From assembly GCA_040954595.2 (NCBI GenBank), contig CM082586.2:6558509-6622508 (forward strand): DNA of 64,000 nucleotides, in the 5' to 3' direction. Positions 1 to 9,832 of this stretch are shown here, piece by piece. The position numbers were made by a program, and so were the translations under genes. The notes below the pieces were generated by a model. It was not told the DNA's origin. It ran no database searches and saw only the letters and a program-made list of their open reading frames with translations. Positions within the stretch are counted from its first letter, which is position 1. Every line of letters begins with the position of its first letter. Source of the stretch: Balanoglossus misakiensis. Taxonomy: Eukaryota > Animalia > Hemichordata.

Positions 1-104
1 CAATCGAACTTCAGCCAATCGATCATCCGCTCTTAGTATCCAGTAATCCCACGTGATAAAGGCACGTGCAAAATTCAAAATTTTGTTTCCGATAACCACA
101 ATTT

Positions 105-1316
105 TCAGGGCACATCTGGTTTATTGTGGCTAGTGTCAACCGCCGTTTCACGGTGCTCCGCCGTGTTGCTGTCAGCCACCTGCACGGATGGTTTAATGCC
201 CGACATGATACTTTCATATTCCGGCTGTGAGGGCGTCATGAAGTACTTTACGTAAATGAAGTTGACGGCAATGGACAGCAAGATTACAATTGCCCACTAT
301 AAGGAGAATAAAAATGATTAAGAAACGCGGTGAGCCAATTGTACTTGCCTTTTAAGTAAGCTATGTAGTATAAAGAGCGAAACGTTTCAGCTCTTTGCTT
401 TTAATGAAACTATACCATTTACCACATTACCACAACGTCACCAAGATTGTCAGGGGGTAAACATTTTGAGGGTGGAGGAGGGGAGGGACTTGAAAATTAC
501 AATGAAGGGGGTCTGAAAATATCTTTACTGATACTATACGCATCAAAGTACCCCAAACACATTCCCTCCCCCCCCTCTCTCTCTCTCCCTCTCTCTCTCT
601 CTCTCTAAGATTTAAAACAGATGTAAATATTGTTAATAAAAGACTGAACTTTTAATTCAGTCAAAACTTACTTGAACTAAACAACTCATCAGAGTGTTCT
701 CAGTCACAAGATACCATCCACTGTCTCTCAAAATTTCATACACAGCAAACCAGCCGAGGAGCAGACACACTTCTACTGGTGCCAGGAATCTGTGAAAGAA
801 AATAGAAGATATATGTATGTAGATGTACATCCTTGTGGATCCACATGATTAACGTGGCCAACAGCAGACTGGTGTGAAACAAAGTCAGATCAGGTAAGGT
901 CAAGGCCAATCGGATTATAAAATCAGATGTAGAATGCTTCCAGGAACCGAATGGCGTTATTGGTGACATGACTTTTTGTTTCGTGTCCAGCAAGTGGTGG
1001 CTCCTGTCAAGACCTTGTTAAGCGTAAGTTTTTTGTTACAGATATTATTGGTCGTCGTTGCTGATGGCGCAAAAGTACACAATCGTGCTATAACTCCTTT
1101 GTACTCACTTGATAATCCATTCCCAAATGATTGGCAGATACCAGTCATTGATACTGTACTCGTTGATCAGGGCGGAGCGGAATTTACTTGAGCCATACTT
1201 CCATACGACGTAAATTAAAAACAACCCGGATACTAACAGGCCGTAGCTCCAAACAAAATCCTGTTAGATTAGGCAAGAGAGGGAGTGCATGTTAGTCTTC
1301 ATCGTCAATAACGTCG

Positions 1317-1406
<90 letters not shown>

Positions 1407-3314
1407 CAATCGTCGTCGTCGTCGCCATCATCACAACCACCGCCGCCGTTATCATGAGTTCTACCGCCAAAATCAACGTCATCATTGTCACTGTCACCGT
1501 CCTCGACGTATCTTATGACATCTATAAATCTAATCTTCCAAGACACTGCTTATAAAGTCCAAGTAGTGCAAGACGACACATTGAAAAGCGGACGGACATG
1601 GGCTAATTTTCCAACATCCACTAAACAAAGACGACATCACACCTGTCTCACTGACATGCGCAATCGCTCTTTCCACTTACCTGATTGACAAGATAATCAA
1701 TATTCAAGGCAGACCCGAGGCCAATCAAAAATGTCACTGTACAGATGACCGGAACAATAACTATCCGTTTTACACCTTTTGACAAAAAAAAAACCAAGAG
1801 GAAATAAATTTAATGATAGACCATTTTCTGAAGTCCACGAGACCTTGCGAAATCTCGCGTGGCTGGGCAGTTTATATCATGTGACACAGTACAAATTCCA
1901 CATGGCCAATCATGTTAAACGGCAGTTTCTCTCATGAAAGAAATACATAGAATAGAGTTCATATTCTTTACTCTTGGCAATGGGAGCTTTCTATAGCCAG
2001 TGGTAAAAGATGAATTTTCCATATCTTCAAATTTGCCATACCTGCTAAATCTTCGCATGATTTCACTGTCAATTCCAATATGGCGATCTGTGTGCTGACC
2101 AGTGCCAGTGATAGGGCCAGGAAGAATAGGACGGCAAGTACCCTGCCCCCGGTGATCGTTGAATACAATATTGGTATCCTGTTGGTGACACAACAATCCA
2201 CGTTAAGGGGGTGGTCAGTTTCTACGGCCTGTGGGGGGGGGGGGTTCTATTTTGTTGATATGAAAAAGTGACGGACCCCCCGGTGACAACCCTCATCACC
2301 CAATATGGACTTTTACCACGCACGCACACATCTCTATCGGACATGATACGTCCGTCCATCTATCGCACACTAGAATGCACGACATTCCCAACTACGTCAC
2401 TCACCATATGAATGTAAGTCCAGTGTTTGCGGGACCACTGTTTTCTAAAATCTGCAGGATATCGGTTTGGTTTGCGCCGGCCGAAAGCTCCACCGAAAAC
2501 ACCGTTGAAAACATTGTCATCGCACTCATCAAGCTGAAATGTGATGAAAGAAAATAATCAGATTGCCATTGGAATACGTACTTACTGCTTAGTAGACTGT
2601 TAGATTTGTCGACTTTAATAGATCAGTCGTCATTGCAGTATAATAGACGATGCAATCGTTTCGCTACCCTCTATGACCGTTGGATGTAGCAATGTGCATG
2701 AATGGTCGATCGCAATGATATGGAACAGTCATTCCAGAAAATCGATCAGGCCGATACAATATTTATGAGCTTCTTCCAATTGTATTGTTTTGGTTGGATT
2801 AACGTTAACGTGAAACGTTTTCGTGTGTTGCTTCCCTTTTCACAGTGGTAAGAAGTTAATATGGCCAGTGAGTAATAATTAATATATGACAAATTTCGCA
2901 TACCTCACCAAGTTGTTGCCTGCGGGTATGACTGTTGAAAGTTTCATAATACCGTTCTCTCTGGTCGTGAAGGCGGCGTATGACGTCATCAATCCCCACC
3001 CGGCTCCTGTATCGAAGGCATTCTGACTAGCAGCGTCAATCCACAGTTGTGGATCCTTTAGAAGCTCTGATTGCAATTAAAATGTATAGAGATATATCTT
3101 GCATTATTGCATTAGACATAGACGGACACACACATGCATACAACATGTATATACATGACGGACGGACGGATCCTTTAGAAGCTCTGATTGCAAATGAAAT
3201 GTATAAAAATATATCTTGCATTATTGCATGGGACATAGACGGACACACAAATATACTTGTATTCAACATGTATATACATGACAGACGGATGGAGAGAGAG
3301 AGAGACAGAGAGAC

Positions 3315-3354
<40 letters not shown>

Positions 3355-6300
3355 TGACTGACTGACTGACTGACTGACAGACAGACGGAGAGACAGGCAG
3401 GCTTGAACACACAATGCTCTATACAAGTGAAAGCGTAACATATTCGAGGTATGGAAACAACACTCACTCCAGTCAGGGGAAAACAGGAATTTCAATCCCT
3501 TCGAAGCATACGGCAAGGTCAACGACCAGATGAACGTGAATGTCAGCAGGAGAAGGAAGATGGGCACGATGACCGAGTTGACCTTCTCGATTGTCTTCAC
3601 GCCCCAGAGTATGGTCACGCCAGACACGGCTATGACCAGAGCCTGGGGCAGTAGAACCCAGTAGTTGTCCTGGAATCACAAATGAAATAAACTGCGAGTG
3701 GTATAGTTTGTGGTACTGTGCAAGGTAGTATATACATGTACAACAGAAGTGGCCGCTCGTGTGACATTCACCCCTCAGCAAGAAGTGGCGATACAGAAGG
3801 GAAAGTGATATGTGGGACACCTCTGCCAAAAATAGGTAAACGCATCTGGGTACATTTCGACGATTGGGATCTGGTATTCCTTAATTTCGTATTTTGTGGA
3901 TAAAAAAGCCCTGGTTATATTAGACTCAGTGCAAATAAAATACCCGATTTGTGGACACAAGATGGCGCACGGCACTCACCTGAGCATAAGACTCGAATAC
4001 GGCGTAACTCTCCGACTCATTCGTCGGCAGGGGATAAGCAATTGAATGGTAGAGATAGTAGAAACACCACGAACAGAGGACAGCGTAGTAGCATCTGTTA
4101 AAAAACGGAGAGAAAACTGTAAATTTGGATGGAACTTTGGAAAATTCAAGTGAATAGGGATATACTAGTGTGACGCAATGGTGAAATTATAATTGACGGA
4201 CAGACAGACAGACAGACAGACAGAATATTGTAGTAAACCCCCCACAGACAAAAACATATGCCTGTCGTCAATAATTGGTTCCCATGACTACATATTTGCA
4301 TGAATTTGGTCTGAAAGTGTGCATCATATACGCCGTCAGAAAATCTAGCGTCACAGCACCTTTGCTACCATACACGTGCGCGAATCTCCACAGATACCTC
4401 ACACGAAATCTGGCATAACCACAGGCCCCCTGCGCACAGGTGTGTGTTGCCGTCCATTACACGCCCGGGAACTCACAGACCTGTAACGCAGGGGCCAGCA
4501 TAGCCTACCTACCCTATTGCCGTCGACACGGCGGCCGCCCACACGCCCATCCATACACAGCCTGGTCCCGCCAGACTTTTGAAGATACCGATGGGGGAGC
4601 ACTTGCAGTACCTTCCAGCTGCGTACTCGATGACCAACATGGGGATCGACCACAGGAATAAAAATAAAACCCAGACCAACAGAAACTGCAGAGCACCTTC
4701 AGAACAAAACAATAAAAGAATACAGAGGCTATTGTTAAAGTGAAATCAACAATTGGAATATATGAAATTCAAATCATTTAATTGTGTTATCATTGAGTCA
4801 CATCTAACGTCAGAAACAGAACCAATAATATTGGTATACAATCTAGTTGTGAAGCTGGCGACCCACTAAGCAATTCAGGTATTTTCCGTTTTTGTACATG
4901 CGTGTGCTTGAATCGACAATCAAGTATGCATGGTACACAGAATAAATTATGATTGACTATTTTTAAACCACATGTACAGTATTCTAGTATTTTTGGCAAC
5001 GCCGTTTGCGCGGCCTGTGTTTGTGGTCAAACTCTACCTATAATAACGATTTTCATTCTTCCTATAATTAGCCTCGGTATTTTTGTCTGGACAAGTTCTA
5101 CAAATGCCTATATTGGTTGGGATCTAGTTCCAGCAGACACAAACACAAACGGGTGAAAATGAGGATGATTTCAGAACAATATGACGTTTGGAAAGTACAC
5201 ATAACGAACCTTCACTTCCGCTGTTATTGGCCGCTATCCGTGGGAACCGCCATATATTGCCGGCGCCAACCATACAACCGATGCACGACACTATCATACC
5301 AAATGTCGACTTAAAATGACCACGGTCCTCAGCACCGCTATTACCATTTCGCTGAAATGAAATCACTCATATTTTTTAAATGTCGCATAAACATAATATT
5401 GCACTGGTAAAGAGATTAGCCATATTGCTTACTGTACACATATAGGCAGTTATAGGCAGTGTGAACGATAGGCAAACTACGTATAGATATTTCATCTTGG
5501 TTCAGAGAAAACTCGGCCAATAGATGTACCAAACGAAGATAACAAAATGTTAAATATTAACAGCTCACGGAGCTTTAAAAACGTTGTCGTCGTAGATTTA
5601 GCATATACGTGATTACGTGAACCGTGGTGTAGAATTTAGCCTGGCTCACGTGTGGTTAAAATCAGATGACATGGTAGGCATTGGCTCTTTCGCTTTCCTC
5701 TTTCCCCCTGTCGTGTAATCGTACAGATGACTTGTTTTAAATTTAATTTAATTTTAAAACGTTTGAAAATGCTCCACTTCGGTTTAGAGCTGCCTTATAC
5801 TATGATAAAGCGCATTAACATCAGAAATGATAAAACGATAAAAAAGCTGACGATTCTTCCACCAGTGAAATTGTATGCCAAACGGCGAGTGTAGAGAATA
5901 ACGGCTTCGCTGTACGAACCGTACCAGCTAAAATAATAATTGAATTCTTTTTTCTGTTTGCTTTTCATTGCAACCCCATATGGCACGAGTCGACCACTGC
6001 ACATTAGCCATGCAGGCAATCCCCAAAACACCATTTACGAGTTGAACGTTGATAAATTTAACTGTCTGTCAATGTGTGTGTGTCTGTTTGTTTGTTTGTT
6101 TGTTTGTTTGTTTGTCTGTCTATATGTATGTGTGTGTGTGTCTGCCTGTACCGGCAAATTTCAATGAATTCTGTAAACGCAATCAAATTATGTAACTTTA
6201 ATAATACTTTGAATTAATTATGCGCCAACTGTGTGTGATTGGATAATATTATTCATTAATGTGGCATATAGCTGCTGTGGTTTCGATGCGCAGCAAATAT

Positions 6301-7009
6301 ACAATAGTAAATTGATTAGACCACATCTAATCTTCTGTTTTTAAAAATATAACACGGGCCAAAAAAATGAAATTATGATGCGCGTGCGATGAACAGACGA
6401 AAGATTTGAGCCGTCCATGCATTTCGATGGCAATAGATCAGTTTACGTCGCAGGGGTGGGGGTGGGGGTAAACTGATCACGAGATTATAAGATACTAACA
6501 TCCGAGTGTTTGACAGTCAGTGGCCAGCTGTTATTCCATTGGGACGATATGCATACAACGGCACATGATCGATGTACTGGCTATTTCACAATATGGTACA
6601 ACTATATAAATTATCCCCATGCCAGAATATATTCCGATTCCATTTCTACGGATGTGCGTATGTATTATTCTAGATGTGATGACACGTAGGCGACTTTCAT
6701 AGCTTTCTCACTCTCATTCTCTGAGGTCTGAGAAAACGAAGAGATCAAACATTACGCAATACGGCCAGATTGATTGAGAAGTCCCTTCTACATGTTCTAT
6801 TAAAAAGGTTGAACTCCATATGCTGTGCTCATGAATCTGCTACTCGGCTGATTGCCTCGTGTGAATCACTCTTACAATTGTGCCACTGTTGTTCGCTCTA
6901 AACTTCAAGACACAGACTTGTCACGTCGACCTCGACCGGCGATGACATAACTGGCTTGAAAGGTCCATCTTACCTGGAGAGGGGTGTCCTCTTGCAACTC
7001 GGAAGCCAT
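105..7009 (-). CDS. SLC6/NSS (SNF family) sodium-dependent transporter, paralogue A; 12 coding exons, ~554 aa, 12 predicted TM helices
   Basis: Exons 7009-6974, 5351-5210, 4696-4513, 4094-3980, 3669-3468, 3066-2904, 2533-2405, 2178-2042, 1775-1681, 1260-1109, 789-672, 296-105. All introns are GT-AG with matching phases; total 1665 nt. TM1 signature GCMVGAGNIWRFP, plus FLFSPDW..LKDPQLWIDAASQNAFDTGAGWG and GPANTGLTFIWIP. Nine internal exons are the same length as in paralogue B. Exon 1 (MASELQEDTPLQ, CAG|gtaag) is the least certain but resembles B exon 1. Confidence 0.9.
575..606. repeat. (CT)n microsatellite
   Basis: Visible dinucleotide run in the last intron of transporter A. Confidence 0.9.
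1318..1407. repeat. (ATC)n microsatellite with degenerate GTC/ATC flanks
   Basis: About 30 perfect units in an intron; source of the poly-I/M/D ORFs. Confidence 0.95.
1839..1876. mobile_element. Fragment of a dispersed repeat, same family as the element at 54632
   Basis: 36/38 nt identical to 54632-54669 (gagaccttgcgaRatctcgcgtggctRggcagtttata). Confidence 0.7.
3051..3289. repeat. Tandem duplication (117-bp period) including the exon 6 splice acceptor of transporter A
   Basis: ggatcctttagaagctctgattgcaa...catgtatatacatgac begins at both 3051 and 3168. Confidence 0.9.
3292..3400. repeat. Compound (GA)/(GACA)/(GACT) microsatellite
   Basis: Visible tetranucleotide runs. Confidence 0.9.
4424..4497. 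mobile_element. Short hairpin (MITE-like) element, diverged copy of the 59806 family
   Basis: ggccccctgcgcacaggtgtgtgtt...gggaactcacagacctgtaacgcaggggcc is self-complementary and similar to 59806-59871 and 10670-10710. Confidence 0.6.
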
Positions 7010-9121
7010 ATCTCTCTGGCCAGGGTCTCCTGTACGGTGTAGAACCTCGCGTCTGAAGGCGGAATTCGCTGCTAGGGTTATAGGTAAAACAATGTGTCCA
7101 ATTGTCGAACGGAGCCGTCGAAGAGTTACACAATGCGTCTATTGTAGATCTCCACCAAGACACGCGAACGACCTTGGCCAGCGAGAAGTAGGCCGACAGC
7201 TCTTTGTTTGAACGACAGACCACTCTTAACACCTTGAGAGTTTGTAAAAACCGAAAGTGGCCAGCCAGCTGCGTCCCCTGTCCGCGTAAACTCGCCGGAA
7301 CACCGAACGAAATGACTGAATCCCGTAACGGTTTCCCCTATGCCTTACCGTCGGAACAAGGCCAGGTACCCTCACTCTACCAGGCTTGTTCACAAACAAT
7401 TAAACTATTCACAGCAGCCGCCGTATGCAAATCTACCTGCATGGGCGTGTCAGTCATCCCCCATATGCAGCATGCAAATTGCGCATCCTTCCGTCAGACA
7501 GTATTTCTACAAAACGCGTCAAGCACATACCGTCAACTTTTGTGAAACACCCGCGTATATATTCTCAATGGTGTGTGCACCCGTGTGTACATGAACACGC
7601 ATACAGGTATATTGAGTACCACACATAAGTGTAGTATGCGCTCTTCCATATTGTGTTATTAGTGTGGTATGATGTGTATTCCCGTAGGATTTTTGTGCTA
7701 AAATTGATTTTTTTGCTGTTTTGGCTTCTATGGGGACCCAGCTACCCGAAAATGATGGGGTGCAATTTTAAGGGCCCCTCCACCATATTTTTCTGGGGAG
7801 GGGGTACTTCCGTTACTATATGGCCACTACATTGTGATGTCCACGAGCGAAAGTAGGTCACCAAATTCCCATCACAAAGGATGCAACTAATTATCGGGCA
7901 TTGGAAGTAAGGGGGTGGGTAATCTTGTAACAAAGCCATAATTTTGACGAGCAATGTCCCACAAATATAATAAATATATAAAAAAACTACGGTGATCAAG
8001 TTTCCAATATCAATGAGTATCTTTTACAGTATGCGGCAATATTTTCGTCCCAGTATTCCCGACTTTTTATATAAGCGAGGTATATGAACACATGACTAAA
8101 TACAAGTTAAGTGTGGTTGTGCCTCCTGGATGTTTATCACGTTCACAAAAATATACTTGTGTTCCAAAAAAGAACATTTGAATTTTTGATCATGTCTCTA
8201 TACTTATTCTGCTAAAATTATTAATATATATTAACGGGCACGCATGCGCGTAAGGGAAATGTGTGAATTTTTATGAGGAAATTCTCATATAAACCATGAG
8301 TGAAAAAAGTTACCTTCCGACCAGACCTTCGACACATGTTTGGTCTGACGCTGAGGGCGTCGACGTCAGTAGACTAGACATTACGCCATCATGCTGTGAA
8401 TGTAGAAGGAACTACTCTCAAAAATCATTATTCGGCATTAATCCCCCTAGAGACGCGTTGATCTCCGAAAATTGATCCCTAAAGGTATGCTGTATTTTAT
8501 ATCAATGTACCACATTGCAGAATTTGTGTTCAACGAGCGCGCATGGTGAATGTATAACTTATGGGTTACTCTTCAGATGTCATATGCACGGTCGCTTGTG
8601 GCCGAGCTTAAAAGCACGTACGCGATATAAACATTTCCTGCATACTTTTGAGTACACGTATATATATGTAGGGAATGGTTTACCCACAAGCGACCGTGGT
8701 CAAATGCGCACTTCGCACAATTTTAAGTCACGTCGCTTAATCCAAGGCCAATGTCAGAACCCTAGTATGAGATAAACTTAATCTGACCTTGGAATTTGGC
8801 TGAAGTTAATCACTGCATTCTTTTGACATGTGTTAGCCACCGCTCGAAATGTTTAAATGTCGCTTTTTATATGTACTGTATCGTTAATTATTAAGACCGT
8901 GTCCTGACAACACCCTACTAGTATATTTCAAAGTCCAACTGAAAACAATAGCCAGCCATCTTGTAGGTGCGGGCCTTAGGTATGCTAGTCTCGGTTACCC
9001 AGACGCCTTTGCTTCTTCCGATGCTCTCCAGAAAAGGGTCTGGGGAAATGCTATTGAAAGCTTTGTAAAACAAAATGGCCGATGTCAGGATTTTGATCAT
9101 CGCCTGATTGGCTGAGCTCTC

Positions 9122-9307
9122 AGTATGACCCGGGTCACTGACTCTCGACAATGTGTGATTATTTGTTGTATCTTCATATCAAGAGACTGGTACTTGTTGG
9201 TTGATGCGAAAGGCAAAAGGCGTCCTCTGTTAGCATTGTTGGAGAAATTATATGAAATATCTTTGGTAGACGATTGTCGAAACTATTGCAATGACCCGGG
9301 TCATACT
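9122..9307. mobile_element. Candidate MITE bounded by 16-bp inverted repeats
   Basis: agtatgacccgggtca (9122-9137) and its exact reverse complement tgacccgggtcatact (9292-9307); no clear TSD. Confidence 0.5.
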
Positions 9308-9832
9308 ATAGGTATGCATGAATGGGTTGAATTGAAAAGTAAGTGTTCGCGTTGGATTAACATAACATTCTAGACATAGTTACAGTTTTATTTGTAGTCG
9401 TTCACTTGACGTGTGCATGGCTGATACTGCAATCAAGCTAGATCACACAATATCCCTATACATAGGTCTAATTTTACCCTAGAAAACATTGCGTATACTG
9501 AAACCAAGCCGATTTAAGGGTTGGAAAAGCCTATTTTGGGCAGTTTTGGTGGACAAAGTATCGGTATAAGGTAGATAAGTCATCCTGGCCCACTTTGATT
9601 TCCATGTCGAAATTAGACACGAGTGGCCTGTGATGACAAAAATCTGACATTTAATAAAATGTAGATAGTTGGCACACACAGCCTTAATATACCTAGTGCA
9701 TGAAATTGGCAGTCAAGTTCGTTTTCTTCGCTGTTGCAGGTGTTTTCTATCGTTCTAAATGAATCATTCTGAGGAGCGGTTACCCAATCCAGGACCAGAA
9801 ACTTGTGTACGTATGTTACCAGGATCACTACC

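Noticed and set aside
1264-1555. Poly-M/I/D ORFs, and the similar MYVC/HTYI/LSIY/poly-H ORFs at 17.6, 23.0, 46.8, 55.5, 61.6 and 63.5 kb
   Set aside because: They are translations of stop-free microsatellites, not genes.
5430-5682. Alternative first coding exons for transporter A (ATGTGTACA|gtaag near 5432; MPTMSSDF near 5680)
   Set aside because: The first has weak support and the second has the wrong phase. The 7009-6974 exon has a strong donor and similarity to paralogue B exon 1.
105-7009. Bacterial contamination as the source of the prokaryote-like transporters
   Set aside because: Each gene has 11 spliceosomal introns at shared positions within animal repeat-rich DNA.
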